From NCBI GenBank assembly GCA_021794205.1, contig JAJYRH010000010.1, forward strand, positions 5,566 to 69,565: a DNA stretch of 64,000 nucleotides, written 5' to 3'. Below are positions 19,500 through 29,881 of this stretch, one piece after another. The translations under genes were made by a program, and so were the position numbers. The notes beneath the pieces were generated by a model. The model made no database searches, was not told where the DNA came from, and saw only the letters and a list, made by a program, of their open reading frames with translations. Numbering within the stretch: position 1 is the first letter of the stretch; every line of letters starts with the position of its first letter. The DNA comes from a bacterium (GTDB lineage Bacteria; Vulcanimicrobiota; Vulcanimicrobiia; Vulcanimicrobiales; Vulcanimicrobiaceae).

Positions 19500-20333
19500 A
19501 TGGGAAAGATCGTACGGGGAGCTCGCATCGCCGAGGAAGCCTATCGCGTTGACGTGCCGGATACGCGCGACTTCGCGGCGCCCGCCGACGAACCGCACGA
19601 CCTCGCATTTCCCGCCGCCGAAGAGATGGGCGATACGGAGCTCCACGCCCCCATTCCGGAGCCGACGGTAGAGGTTATCGATTGGGATGCGTTACGCAGC
19701 GAAGCGACCGCCGCCTTAGAACGGGCGAAGAATAGCGCTCGCGAGATTTTAGAGGGTGCGTTTCGTACGGCGAGCTCGCTGCTCGACCAGGCGCGCCGCG
19801 ACCGCGACGCGATCGCCGAGGCGGCGCGCTCCGAAGGGCACGAGGCGGGGCGCCAGGAGGGCATCGCCCGCGTCGATGCCGAGCTCAACGAGTTGCTCGG
19901 CCTCTTGCACGGCGTCATCGACGCCGTGCGCGAAGATCGCGACCGCTTCTTACGGAGCGCCGAACCCGAACTCGTGCGGCTCGCGCTGGGAGCCGCGGAG
20001 CGGATCGTGCACCACGAAATTTCACAGAACGATCAATTCGTCGTCGAGACCGTGCGCTCGGCGCTGACCCGCGCGATGTCGCGCAGCGATATTTCGATTC
20101 GCGTGAATCCCGACGATATGGCGGTGATGCGCGAGTATCGCGAGCGGCTGCTCGCAGCAGGCGATTTCGAGCACCTGCGGCTCATCGAAGACCAACGCAT
20201 CGACCGCGGTGGAGCGGTGTTAGAGAGCGATTCGGGAACGATCGACGCCAAGGTCGCAACGCAGTTGCGCGAGGTTCGTGGCGCGCTCATCCCCGCCGAC
20301 GAATTCCCCGAAATCACTGCGACGGCGAGTTAG
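19500..20333 (+). CDS. fliH: Flagellar assembly protein FliH
   Basis: Position between fliG and fliI. Coiled-coil central region and a C-terminal FliH/YscL-like segment (IRVNPDDMAVMREY ... IEDQRIDRGGAVLESDSGTIDAKV). Confidence 0.7.
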   Translation: MGKIVRGARIAEEAYRVDVPDTRDFAAPADEPHDLAFPAAEEMGDTELHAPIPEPTVEVIDWDALRSEATAALERAKNSAREILEGAFRTASSLLDQARRDRDAIAEAARSEGHEAGRQEGIARVDAELNELLGLLHGVIDAVREDRDRFLRSAEPELVRLALGAAERIVHHEISQNDQFVVETVRSALTRAMSRSDISIRVNPDDMAVMREYRERLLAAGDFEHLRLIEDQRIDRGGAVLESDSGTIDAKVATQLREVRGALIPADEFPEITATAS

Positions 20334-20337
20334 AACG

Positions 20338-21654
20338 ATGGAAGCGCTCGCTTTTCGGGCCGACCGGTATCTCGAGGCGCTTCACGACGTCGACTGCATG
20401 CGCCAAAACGGGCGCGTCTCGCAGGTGATCGGTGTTGTGGTCGAGAGCAACGGTCCCGCGATGGCCGTCGGCGAGACCTGTTGGATTCGGTACCGAAGGA
20501 ACGCCGAGCCGGTGCTCGCGGAGGTCGTTGGATTTCGGGACAATCGCGTGCTGATTATGCCGTTAGGCGATCTTTCGGGGATCGGCGCCGGTAGCGACGT
20601 CGCGGCATGCGGTAAGCCGTTGCAGATCCGAGTTGGCGACGAACTACTCGGGCGCGTCCTCGACGGACTGGGAAACCCTATCGACGGGAAGGGCGCGATC
20701 GATTCACTCAGGCTCGCTTCGGTGACCGCCAATCCGCCGGCAGCGATGCAACGCCGAAGGATTTCGGAGGCGCTTCCGCTCGGCATCCGCGCCATCGATG
20801 GCTTACTCACCTGCGGGAAGGGGCAACGCGTCGGCGTCTTTGCCGGTTCCGGAGTGGGCAAATCGACGATCCTCGGCATGATCGCGCGTAATACCGCCGC
20901 CGACGTCAACGTCATCGCGCTGGTCGGCGAGCGCGGTAAAGAAGTGCGCGATTTTCTCGAGCGCGATCTCGGCGACGAAGGGCTCCGTCGCAGCGTCGTC
21001 ATCGTCTCGACGAGCGACCAACCGGCGTTGGTTCGTATTAAGGCGGCCTTCGTGGCGATGACGGTTGCGGAGTATTTCCGCGATCTCGGCCTCGACGTCA
21101 TGTTCATGATGGATTCGGTGACGCGCTTCGCGATGGCTCAACGCGAGGTCGGTTTGGCGATCGGCGAACCGACGACGACGCGCGGCTACACGCCGTCGGT
21201 CTTCGCGACGCTTCCGCGATTGCTCGAACGAGCCGGAACGTCGAGCCGGGGCAGCATTACGGGGCTCTTTTCGGTGCTCGTCGACGGGGACGACATGAAC
21301 GAACCCGTTAGCGATGCGGTACGATCGATTCTCGACGGGCACATCGTCCTCTCGCGCAAATTGGCTTCGGCGAATCACTATCCGGCGATCGACGTCCTCG
21401 AGAGTATCAGCCGAGTCATGCCCGATGTCGCCGACGAGAATCACCTCGCAGCCTGTTCGGCGATTCGCGAATTGATGGCGACCTATCGCGAAGCCGAGGA
21501 TCTGATCAATATCGGTGCCTACGTCGCCGGAAGCAACCCACGCATCGATTTAGCGCTCTCGAAAATTGAGGCGATTCGCCATTTTCTACGACAGGGAATG
21601 TACGAGCATTCCGACTACGGCGCGACCCTTGCCTCCATGATGAGCGTGGTATAG
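20338..21654 (+). CDS. fliI: Flagellum-specific ATPase FliI
   Basis: Walker A GSGVGKST, Walker B VMFMMDSVTRFA and SITGLFSVLVDGDDMNEP. The start is set at ATG 20338, in frame with track ORF 20278..21654. Confidence 0.9.
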   Translation: MEALAFRADRYLEALHDVDCMRQNGRVSQVIGVVVESNGPAMAVGETCWIRYRRNAEPVLAEVVGFRDNRVLIMPLGDLSGIGAGSDVAACGKPLQIRVGDELLGRVLDGLGNPIDGKGAIDSLRLASVTANPPAAMQRRRISEALPLGIRAIDGLLTCGKGQRVGVFAGSGVGKSTILGMIARNTAADVNVIALVGERGKEVRDFLERDLGDEGLRRSVVIVSTSDQPALVRIKAAFVAMTVAEYFRDLGLDVMFMMDSVTRFAMAQREVGLAIGEPTTTRGYTPSVFATLPRLLERAGTSSRGSITGLFSVLVDGDDMNEPVSDAVRSILDGHIVLSRKLASANHYPAIDVLESISRVMPDVADENHLAACSAIRELMATYREAEDLINIGAYVAGSNPRIDLALSKIEAIRHFLRQGMYEHSDYGATLASMMSVV

Positions 21655-21657
21655 CGC

Positions 21658-22128
21658 GTGGCGACCTTTCACTTTCGACTCGATCCCGTACTCGTGCAAC
21701 GCAAGCGGATCGTCGAGCGCGAGCAGGGTTTGGTTGCGATCGCTCAGCGCGCTCACGATGCGGCGCTTGCGGAATTCCGACGGCTCGACGGGGAATTTGC
21801 CGAGAACTCACGGATCCTTCGTCACGAGCACGCGCGCCTGACGACCGATGAATTGGTGCTGCTCTACGGGCATATCAGCTATCTCGATCGGGCGATGGAT
21901 GCCGCCAAACGCGATCTCGACCTTCGTAAAAGCGAACTCGATGCCGCAATGTACGCCCTTCACGAAGCGATGAAGCGGAGGAAAGTCGTGGAGACCCTCA
22001 AAGATCATGCGCTCGACGCGTTTCGCCTCGGGGAGATGCGGCGCGAGCAAAACGAACTCGACGACGGTAACGCGCGTCGCGACGAACGCCGGAGCGCGCT
22101 CGACGCCAAGAAAGGAGGCCCCCGGTGA
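21658..22128 (+). CDS. fliJ: Flagellar export chaperone FliJ-like
   Basis: 156-aa coiled-coil protein beginning FHFRLDPVLVQRKRIVEREQ, directly after fliI. Confidence 0.65.
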   Translation: MATFHFRLDPVLVQRKRIVEREQGLVAIAQRAHDAALAEFRRLDGEFAENSRILRHEHARLTTDELVLLYGHISYLDRAMDAAKRDLDLRKSELDAAMYALHEAMKRRKVVETLKDHALDAFRLGEMRREQNELDDGNARRDERRSALDAKKGGPR

Positions 22129-22775
22129 TCGTCACACGCCAGCGTCGAAAACCCTTTCCGGTCGGGCGACTCGTCCTGCCGCTCGTCGCCATTTTGGCGA
22201 TCGTCGGAGCGTTGCTCTGGCCGCCCTCCCGTGCAGCAATCACTTCGGGGCCGCTCTCGCCGATCTGGCAGAACCTCGGAGCGCGATTCGCGGTCGTCGC
22301 CGCGCCATTTCATTTTGCGGCGCAGAATCAACTGATCGCGCGACGCAATCATGAAATCGTGACGCTCCAGGCACAGCTCGCCGACGCCCAGCGGAGATTA
22401 GCCGCTGCGCGGAGCGCCTCGACGGCATTAAAATCGCGCGTGCAGAAGCTCGATGCACAGGTCGCGCAGGCGCGTTCGAAAGCGCCGCCGGCACTCGTGA
22501 CGCCCGTCGCCTCCCCGGGCCCCTTTGGGAGCACGGCCGCTGCGCCGGGTTCCGACCTGGCCGCATCGGCGACCCCCAACGACCGGCGCGTCGCCGCCGA
22601 TTGGGCGGCGATGGATCCGACCAACGCCGCAAAGGTGGTTCAGCGCCTCCCCGTTCCATACGATGCAAAGATTTTCTCGCTGATGTCCGCGAGCGACGTC
22701 GGCGCGATACTCGACAAACTGCCAGCGGCGTTCGCGGCGCGCATCACGCAAGAAAACCCAACCCTCAAGCCATAA
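22125..22775 (+). CDS. Membrane-anchored flagellar operon protein, YlxF/MotE (MgtE_N-like) candidate
   Basis: One N-terminal TM segment, a coiled coil, and a C-terminal WAAMDPTNAAKVVQRLP...IFSLMSASDVGAILDKLP resembling MgtE_N-type repeats. RBS AAAGGAGG lies at 22111-22118. It occupies the position that ylxF holds after fliJ in Bacillus-type operons. Confidence 0.45.
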   Translation: MIVTRQRRKPFPVGRLVLPLVAILAIVGALLWPPSRAAITSGPLSPIWQNLGARFAVVAAPFHFAAQNQLIARRNHEIVTLQAQLADAQRRLAAARSASTALKSRVQKLDAQVAQARSKAPPALVTPVASPGPFGSTAAAPGSDLAASATPNDRRVAADWAAMDPTNAAKVVQRLPVPYDAKIFSLMSASDVGAILDKLPAAFAARITQENPTLKP

Positions 22776-22778
22776 CGC

Positions 22779-24140
22779 GTGCGCTCGACTCTCACTCAAA
22801 ACGTTCGGACGCGCACGATCGCATCCGATACGCTGACGCCGATCCTCGCCTATCGCGCGCTCGCACAACGCGGCGCGAGTTGCCTGTTGGAGAGCGTCGA
22901 TGCGGGCGGCACGCTATCGCGCTATTCGTTCGTCGGTTTCGATTATCGTGCGACCCGGCGCTTCGAAAGCACCGCGACGATGTACGACGAGATGCGCGCC
23001 TTCGTGGATGCCCATCGTCCGCCTGCCGATGCTCCGCCGGGCGGAGGAGCTTTGCTCGCGTTCGCTTACGATGCCGCGCGCGCACAGGCGCGGCTCCCCG
23101 CGCGGAGCCCCGACGCCCCGCAGATGCCCGCGGCGGTCGTTTCGATTCCCGGAACCTGGCTGATCTTCGATCACTACACGCATAGTCTCACGCTCTGGTG
23201 CTGCGGCGATGCCGAAAGAGAGCTCGATGCCCGGATCGACGAGTACGTTGCACGATTGCTCGACGCGCGCGCTTCGCTGCCGGGCGCATTCCGAGCGAAC
23301 GGGCCGATTCGCGCGAGCATGGATCGCGATGCGTATCTCGGCTTGGTCGATCGCGCGCAGCGGGCGATCGAGGACGGCGACGTCTACCAGCTCCAACTCG
23401 GTATTCGCTTCGATGCGGCGCTGGAAGGCGATCCCCTCGATTGCTATCGCGCGTTGCGCCGCCGCAACCCATCGCCGTATATGTTCTTCGTCGATACGGA
23501 GTTCGGCGCACTCTTCGGCGCATCGCCGGAGTTTCTGGTTCGTCTCGACGGACGGCGCGCGCGCATTCGCCCGCTCGCCGGCACCCGCGCGCGCGGCGAG
23601 GGGCCCGAGAGCGACGCGCGTATCGCTGCGGAATTGCTCGCCGACGAAAAAGAGCGCGCCGAACACGTGATGCTCGTCGATCTCGGGCGTAACGATCTCG
23701 GATCGGTCTGCAAACTCGGCAGCGTGCGCGTCGAGGAGTTGTTGCAGATCGAACGCTACAGCCACGTCATGCATATCGTCTCCGATTGCGTCGGCGAATT
23801 ACTCGAGGATTGCGACGCCCTCGATCTTTTTGCCGCGGGCTTTCCCGCCGGAACGGTGACGGGGACGCCGAAAGTTCGGGCGATGGAGATCATCGATGCG
23901 TGGGAGCCCGTCACGCGTGGATTCTATGCGGGCAGCGTCGGCCGTTGGAGCTTCGAAGGCGACTTCGATTCGTGCATTACCCTGCGCAGTCTCCACGCAT
24001 TTGGGGGGCGTATCTGGTGGCAGGCATCCGCAGGTATCGTCGCCGATAGCGTTCCGTCCTCGGAGTATGCCGAGATTCTGCAAAAGACGCGCATCGCGCG
24101 CGCGATGCTCGGGCTCGAGGATGAGGCGGCGACGAAGTGA
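22779..24140 (+). CDS. trpE: Anthranilate synthase component I (chorismate-binding enzyme; PabB not excluded)
   Basis: LLES motif (SCLLESVDAGG..RYSFVG), ERAEHVMLVDLGRNDLG, GTVTGTPKVRAMEII and a GFYAGSVGRW-type C-terminus. Confidence 0.8.
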   Translation: MRSTLTQNVRTRTIASDTLTPILAYRALAQRGASCLLESVDAGGTLSRYSFVGFDYRATRRFESTATMYDEMRAFVDAHRPPADAPPGGGALLAFAYDAARAQARLPARSPDAPQMPAAVVSIPGTWLIFDHYTHSLTLWCCGDAERELDARIDEYVARLLDARASLPGAFRANGPIRASMDRDAYLGLVDRAQRAIEDGDVYQLQLGIRFDAALEGDPLDCYRALRRRNPSPYMFFVDTEFGALFGASPEFLVRLDGRRARIRPLAGTRARGEGPESDARIAAELLADEKERAEHVMLVDLGRNDLGSVCKLGSVRVEELLQIERYSHVMHIVSDCVGELLEDCDALDLFAAGFPAGTVTGTPKVRAMEIIDAWEPVTRGFYAGSVGRWSFEGDFDSCITLRSLHAFGGRIWWQASAGIVADSVPSSEYAEILQKTRIARAMLGLEDEAATK

Positions 24141-24715
24141 GAGTGCTGTTCGTCGATAACTACGATTCCTTTTCCTATAACGTCGTGCACCTACTCGCTT
24201 CGCAGGGCGCTACGGTGCGCTTCGTGCACGCCGACGATCCCGCGCTCGGAATCGAGACGCTCGACGAGGTCGATGCGATGACGGTCGGGCCGGGGCCGGG
24301 GAAGCCGCAGGATACGCCGATGCTGGGGCGGCTGATCGCCGCCGCGATCGAACGGGATCTGCCGACGCTCGGGGTCTGCCTCGGGCAGCAAGCGATCGGC
24401 GAGAGCCTTGGGGCGCGCGTCGTCCACGCGCCGAAGCCGATGCACGGGAAGACCGACGCGATCGAACACCTCGGACGCGGCCTCTTCGCCGGGCTGCCGA
24501 ATCCATTTCGGGCGACTCGCTATCACTCGCTCGCGCTCGATCCGACCTCGCTGCCCGCGGGGATCGAGGTCCACGCTCGGAGCGCGGACGGGGTGGTCCA
24601 GGGGATCGCCGTGAGCGGGAAGCGCTGCTTCGGAGTCCAGTTCCACCCGGAATCGGTGCTGAGCGAGTGCGGCGAGGCGCTCGTCGCCAACTTTTTCGCC
24701 CTCGCCTCGCGGTAG
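24137..24715 (+). CDS. trpG: Anthranilate synthase component II / class I glutamine amidotransferase
   Basis: VLFVDNYDSFSYNVV, LGVCLGQQAI (catalytic Cys) and FGVQFHPES. Overlaps the trpE stop. Confidence 0.85.
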   Translation: MRVLFVDNYDSFSYNVVHLLASQGATVRFVHADDPALGIETLDEVDAMTVGPGPGKPQDTPMLGRLIAAAIERDLPTLGVCLGQQAIGESLGARVVHAPKPMHGKTDAIEHLGRGLFAGLPNPFRATRYHSLALDPTSLPAGIEVHARSADGVVQGIAVSGKRCFGVQFHPESVLSECGEALVANFFALASR

Positions 24716-24784
24716 AGCGGGCGCCGGGTTGGCAGGGCGCTGTAGGGTTTGCTCGTCCCAAGAATGAGGCAGGCGGAGGCGCCG

Positions 24785-24860
24785 GGGGGTGAGGTGGTCC
24801 TCGGTGGGCGAGCGATGAACTCAAGATGTAAGCAAGCCCACCGAGGACCACCTCACCCCC
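24785..24860. repeat. Perfect 25-bp inverted repeat (stem-loop with a 26-nt loop)
   Basis: GGGGGTGAGGTGGTCCTCGGTGGGC (24785-24809) and its exact reverse complement (24836-24860). No T-tract follows. It lies between the trpG stop and the rpoB promoter region. Confidence 0.7.
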
Positions 24861-24909
24861 TCCGGCCGCTCGACCCGCCCCGCGGCCCCGCCCGTCGCGC
24901 CGGGGGGCC

Positions 24910-24938
24910 TTGACTCCTTTGGCGACCTTTGATACGTT
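24910..24938 (+). promoter_or_regulatory. Possible rpoB promoter (TTGACT-17-TACGTT)
   Basis: Hexamer match by eye, about 150 bp upstream of the rpoB ATG. Confidence 0.3.
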
Positions 24939-25084
24939 ACTCGCCTATGCCCTTCGGCGCGTAAGCCAAAAAGAGAGCGCGAGCCAATCCGACCGGCCGG
25001 ATCTGCTCGTGCTTTGATGTTGCGCGAGATTCGCGAAGGACACGTGCCCACCCCTGTCTGGACAAGGTAATAAAGAGAGAACGA

Positions 25085-28000
25085 ATGGCGACGACGAAGG
25101 CAGCGAAAACCGCAACCACGACGAGCAGCGGGGGGACGAAAGCAAAAGGGAAGCGCTCCGGAGGCGAGGGCAAGAGCACGCCCATGGCCTCGCATTTTCC
25201 GATGCCCACCGGCGCGTTCACCGTTGAGGTTCCGGTCGATCCGGGCCCGAAGCGCTCGCGCCACTCCTTCTCGAAGATCCCGCACGTTCTCGAGCTCCCC
25301 AACCTGATCGAACTCCAGAAGGCGAGTTTCGAGTGGTTCAAGACCGAGGGGCTCGCCGAGGCGTTCGCAGCGATCTCGCCGATTAAAGATTTCACCGGCA
25401 ACCTGATTCTGATGTTCGGCGAGCACTCGCTCGGCGAACCGAAGTTTTCGATCGAGGAGTGCCGCGAGCGCGACATGACCTACAGCGCTCCGCTGCGCGT
25501 CCGCGTCCGCCTCATTACCGCCGAATCCGGCGAAATTAAGGGCATCCCCGACCAAGAGATCTTCATGGGCGATTTCCCGCTCATGACCGATAAGGGCACC
25601 TTCATGATCAACGGAGCCGAGCGCGTGATCGTGAGCCAGTTGGTGCGCTCGCCGGGCTTCTTGGTGGAGAAGGCCAAACCGGCCGAAGGCAAGGGCTACA
25701 CCGCGAAGATTATTCCGAAGCGCGGTGCGTGGGTGAAGTTTTTTGCCGGTGCGAGCGACGAAGGCGACCGTTTCGGCTCGATCAACGTTTCGTTCGATAA
25801 GAGTCGCGCCGTCTCGATGATCGCGTTTCTTCGCGCGGTCTCCTCGCCCGAGCACTTCCCGCTCGACGACGCTCCGGCTACCGCCTACGATGCCGACGGC
25901 CTCACGCGCCCGTACATCGAAAAAGTTCTGCGCGCCTGTGCCGATATGTTCCCCTGGAAGGGCATCGGCCGCCAGGCGACCGCCGCCAGCGATGCCATCG
26001 AAGTTCCGCGTCCGCAATCGCAGCACGAGCGCCAGGTACGCGACGCGTTCGCGACGCTCTTCCCCAATCGTATCGCACGCGGCGAAGCGTTCGATCTCGT
26101 GGTGGATCTGGGGGACAAGAACAAACGTGCGGCCGCTGCGGAAAAACTCAGCGCGCTCTACCACCGGAACTGCGTCTGGAACTCCGACGAAGCGATCCTG
26201 AAACTCTTCGCGGGCACCTATCCGCGCCGCCGCGTTGACGACGGGACCTCGCGCCCGCTCGGGCGCGCTCCGCGCGGTTTGAAGAAGAAGCAGCAGACGA
26301 GCGATCGCGCCGCGGAGCTGCGCGAACTCTTCGATCGGCTCTTCCCCGATGCGAGTCCCGATAATCTCATTCTCAATACGCTCATCGAAGACGGCGACAC
26401 CGTCAATCGCGAAACCGCGCTCGAAGCGGTCTACGGCGCGCTGCGTTACGGCGAGCCGTTCACCTCGCACGAGGATGCCGAGAAGCTCATCCGCACCCTC
26501 CTGTTCGACGAGAACAAGTGCGAACTCGGGAAGGTCGGGCGCTTCAAGGTCACCTCGAAACTGCATTATCGCATTCTCAATCCGGAGAAAGATTCGCGAA
26601 TTCGCGCCAAGAGCGAAAAGAAGGGCTTGAACCTTTCGCTGCTCACCGTCGAAGGCGATCGTTCGGAATTTGAAGTCGATGAATTCGAACCGTTCAGCTA
26701 TCGGCCCGAAGGTGCGCCGGGGCTGACGCGTGCGGATTTCATCGCGATCGTCCGCCGGCTCTGCCGCGTCGCGGTGCGCGATATCTCACCCGACGACGTC
26801 GACCATTTAGGCAATCGTCGCGTGAACACCGTCGGCGAATTGTTACAGAACCAGTTCCGCGTCGGCCTGCAGCGCCTCGAACGCGTCGTGCGCGAGCGCA
26901 TGACGACGCAAGAGATCGAGACGGTCACGCCGCAAGCGCTCATCAATATTCGTCCGGTCGTCGCGGCGATTAAGGAGTTCTTCGGCTCGAGCCAGCTCTC
27001 GCAATTCATGGACCAAACCAACTCGCTGGCGGAGCTCACGCACAAGCGTCGTCTCTCGGCCCTCGGGCCGGGCGGTCTCTCGCGCGAACGCGCGGGCTTT
27101 GAAGCGCGCGACGTCCACACCTCGCACTACGGCCGCATCTGCCCGATCGAAACGCCGGAAGGCCCGAATATCGGTCTCATCGGTTCGTTGGCGACCTACG
27201 GGCGGGTCAACAGCCTCGGATTCATCGAAACGCCGTACCGCATCGTTCGCGACGGACGCGTTACCGATGAGATTCGCTATTTCACCGCCGACGTTGAAGA
27301 AGAATTCATCATCGGTCAGGCCAACACGCCGCTTGCAGCCGACGGCACGATTCTCGCCAAGACGGTCGTCTGCCGTCATCGCGGCGACGATATCGAAGAG
27401 CCGGCGGGCCGCGTCGAGCTGATGGATATCTCGCCCAAGCAGATCGTCTCGGTCGCGACGGCGTTGATTCCGTTCCTCGAGCACGACGATGCAAACCGCG
27501 CACTCATGGGCGCGAACATGCAGCGTCAGGCGGTGCCGTTGCTTCGTCCGCAGGCGCCGATCGTCGGCACCGGCATGGAGTATCGCGCGGCCAAGGACTC
27601 CGGCAGCCTCGTCGTTGCCGAAGAAGCGGGCACGGTGGTCGCCGTCGATGCGACGCAGATCGTTCTCGAGACTGCAGATGGCGAGAAGAACTACGACTTG
27701 CTGAAGTTCGTACGCAGCAACGCCGGCACGTGCATCAACCAGCGCCCGATCGTCACGATGGGCGAGAAGGTCGTTGCCGGGCAGGTGCTCGCCGACGGCC
27801 CGACCTCCGACGAAGGCGAACTCGCGTTGGGCCAAAACGTGCTCGTCGCGTTCATGCCGTGGGAAGGCTACAACTACGAAGACGCTATCTTGATCAGCGA
27901 ACGCATGGTCAAGGAAGATCGCTTCACCTCGATTCATATCGAAGAGTACGAATGCGAAGCGCGCGATACGAAGCTCGGCCCCGAAGAGATCACGCGCGAT

Positions 28001-29473
28001 ATTCCCAACGTCGGCGAAGATGCGCTCAAAGATCTCGACGAGCGCGGCATCATTCGCATCGGTGCGGAGGTGCGCCCCGAGGATATTCTCGTCGGTAAGG
28101 TGACGCCGAAGGGCGAGACCGAACTCACCGCCGAGGAACGTTTGCTGCGCGCCATTTTCGGCGAGAAATCGCGTGAAGTACGCGACACGAGCCTAAAAGT
28201 TCCGCACGGTGAAAAAGGCAAGATCATCGACGTCAAGGTGTTCTCGCGCGAGAACGGCGACGAGCTTTCGCCTGGCGTCAACCACCTCGTTCGCGTCTAC
28301 GTCGCGCAGAAGCGTAAGATTCTGCAGGGCGATAAGATGGCCGGGCGTCACGGCAACAAGGGCGTGATCGCCAAGGTTCTCCCCGAGGAGGACATGCCGT
28401 ACCTCGAGGATGGTACGCCGGTCGATATCGTTCTGAACCCGCTGGGCGTGCCTTCGCGCATGAACATCGGACAGATTCTCGAGACGCATCTCGGGTGGGC
28501 CGCGCGGATGCTCGGCTTCCGGATCGCGACGCCGGTCTTCGACGGTGCGACCGCCGAAGATATCGAGGATTGGTTGCAGGATGCGGGGCTCCCCGCAGAC
28601 GGCAAGGCGTGGTTGCGCGACGGGCGCAGCGGCGATCGTTTCGATCGTCCGATTACCGTCGGCATGATCTACATGCTCAAGCTCGCGCATCTCGTCGACG
28701 ACAAGATCCACGCACGCTCGACCGGCCCGTACTCGATGATCACGCAACAGCCGCTCGGCGGCAAGGCGCAGTTCGGCGGACAGCGCTTCGGCGAGATGGA
28801 GGTCTGGGCGCTCGAAGCGTACGGCGCCGCCTATACGCTGCAGGAGTTGCTGACGGTGAAATCCGACGATGTCGTCGGCCGCGTCAAGACCTACGAAGCG
28901 ATCGTCAAAGGCGAGAACGTGATGGAACCGGGCGTTCCCGAATCGTTCAAGGTGCTGATCAAGGAACTCCAGTCGCTCGCGCTCGACGTCAAAGTGCTGA
29001 CGGAGTCGCGCGAGGAGATCGACACGCGCGAGCTCCGGCTCGGCAACGACGACCTCGGGCTCAACGAAGAGGTCGCGTACGGCGTCCTGATGGGAGCCGA
29101 GGATCCGCTGCTCTCGCAAACGCAGGTTGCCGCGGCGGAAGCCGTTGCGGCGGCGGCGGCGGAGGGAGCGCTTCCCGAGATCGAGGCCGAGGACGAAGCG
29201 GAGGAGGAAGAAGAGGAGATCGACGACAGCAAACCGTTTGTCGCGGGTCCGATTCCGGCAACTCCCGCAGTCGCTCGTACCGCTGAGATCGAAGGCGACG
29301 ACATCTTCACCGCCGATGAAGAACTCGCCGTCGACGACGACCTCGAGGGGCCGCAAGGCTACGAACTCGAGGAAGAAGAGGACGAGATCGTCGATGACGA
29401 TGCACCGGCCTTCGCCGTCGACGATGACGAAGTCGTCTATCCCGATGCAGGCAGCGTCGAGGAAGAGTTCTAA
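25085..29473 (+). CDS. rpoB: DNA-directed RNA polymerase beta subunit, with an acidic C-terminal extension
   Basis: [85 protein letters not shown], and [23 protein letters not shown]. The start could also be M34. Confidence 0.95.
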   Translation: MATTKAAKTATTTSSGGTKAKGKRSGGEGKSTPMASHFPMPTGAFTVEVPVDPGPKRSRHSFSKIPHVLELPNLIELQKASFEWFKTEGLAEAFAAISPIKDFTGNLILMFGEHSLGEPKFSIEECRERDMTYSAPLRVRVRLITAESGEIKGIPDQEIFMGDFPLMTDKGTFMINGAERVIVSQLVRSPGFLVEKAKPAEGKGYTAKIIPKRGAWVKFFAGASDEGDRFGSINVSFDKSRAVSMIAFLRAVSSPEHFPLDDAPATAYDADGLTRPYIEKVLRACADMFPWKGIGRQATAASDAIEVPRPQSQHERQVRDAFATLFPNRIARGEAFDLVVDLGDKNKRAAAAEKLSALYHRNCVWNSDEAILKLFAGTYPRRRVDDGTSRPLGRAPRGLKKKQQTSDRAAELRELFDRLFPDASPDNLILNTLIEDGDTVNRETALEAVYGALRYGEPFTSHEDAEKLIRTLLFDENKCELGKVGRFKVTSKLHYRILNPEKDSRIRAKSEKKGLNLSLLTVEGDRSEFEVDEFEPFSYRPEGAPGLTRADFIAIVRRLCRVAVRDISPDDVDHLGNRRVNTVGELLQNQFRVGLQRLERVVRERMTTQEIETVTPQALINIRPVVAAIKEFFGSSQLSQFMDQTNSLAELTHKRRLSALGPGGLSRERAGFEARDVHTSHYGRICPIETPEGPNIGLIGSLATYGRVNSLGFIETPYRIVRDGRVTDEIRYFTADVEEEFIIGQANTPLAADGTILAKTVVCRHRGDDIEEPAGRVELMDISPKQIVSVATALIPFLEHDDANRALMGANMQRQAVPLLRPQAPIVGTGMEYRAAKDSGSLVVAEEAGTVVAVDATQIVLETADGEKNYDLLKFVRSNAGTCINQRPIVTMGEKVVAGQVLADGPTSDEGELALGQNVLVAFMPWEGYNYEDAILISERMVKEDRFTSIHIEEYECEARDTKLGPEEITRDIPNVGEDALKDLDERGIIRIGAEVRPEDILVGKVTPKGETELTAEERLLRAIFGEKSREVRDTSLKVPHGEKGKIIDVKVFSRENGDELSPGVNHLVRVYVAQKRKILQGDKMAGRHGNKGVIAKVLPEEDMPYLEDGTPVDIVLNPLGVPSRMNIGQILETHLGWAARMLGFRIATPVFDGATAEDIEDWLQDAGLPADGKAWLRDGRSGDRFDRPITVGMIYMLKLAHLVDDKIHARSTGPYSMITQQPLGGKAQFGGQRFGEMEVWALEAYGAAYTLQELLTVKSDDVVGRVKTYEAIVKGENVMEPGVPESFKVLIKELQSLALDVKVLTESREEIDTRELRLGNDDLGLNEEVAYGVLMGAEDPLLSQTQVAAAEAVAAAAAEGALPEIEAEDEAEEEEEEIDDSKPFVAGPIPATPAVARTAEIEGDDIFTADEELAVDDDLEGPQGYELEEEEDEIVDDDAPAFAVDDDEVVYPDAGSVEEEF

Positions 29474-29486
29474 GAACTCTTCCTCG
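29458..29486. terminator. 13-bp palindromic hairpin spanning the rpoB stop codon
   Basis: CGAGGAAGAGTTC-TAA-GAACTCTTCCTCG; the loop is the rpoB TAA. It lies between convergent genes. No clear U-tract. Confidence 0.4.
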
Positions 29487-29515
29487 TAGCTCCAATCGCC
29501 TCGGCGTGGCTTGCG

Positions 29516-29881
29516 TTAGAAAACGCGATACGCGCTGAGGCGATCCTTTTTGTCGAGGCGCACGACGACGCGCGCGTTTCCCTTCGTGAAGTTCGCTTGA
29601 AAGGCGAACTCATTTTTTGCTGCGTTGAACGCGAGCAATTTGAGCCCCTCGTACTTCCCGAGGGCGTTGAACTTATCCGAGAGCAGCCCAACCTCGGCGC
29701 GCGAGATCGACCCAACGCCGGTGAGATCGTGAGCGACCGTCCTGGGGTTGTCGTTGACGATCGCGCGCGTCATGCTGTCGGCGAGTCGCTCCGCCTGGCC
29801 CTGCGGGGCAGCCGCGCAGCCCGCGAAGGCGGTGGCTGCCAGGATGATGGCTGCGGCGCGGGGGTTCAGAGCGTCCCCCAA
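29516..29881 (-). CDS. Small lipoprotein (hypothetical)
   Basis: 121 aa with a lipobox-like LAATAFAGC after a short signal peptide. No family recognised. Confidence 0.5.
   Translation of the reverse strand: MGDALNPRAAAIILAATAFAGCAAAPQGQAERLADSMTRAIVNDNPRTVAHDLTGVGSISRAEVGLLSDKFNALGKYEGLKLLAFNAAKNEFAFQANFTKGNARVVVRLDKKDRLSAYRVF

Noticed and set aside
22779-24715. Functional link between trpEG (anthranilate synthesis) and the 2-aminobenzoyl-CoA-type degradation cluster 23 kb away
   Set aside because: The only basis is a shared metabolite name. The loci are separated by rpoBC and many unrelated genes, and the substrate of the catabolic cluster is not established.
24821-26566. 581-aa minus-strand ORF overlapping the 5' part of rpoB
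   Set aside because: Antisense shadow of rpoB. It starts inside the rpoB coding region and runs through the rpoB start into the upstream promoter region.
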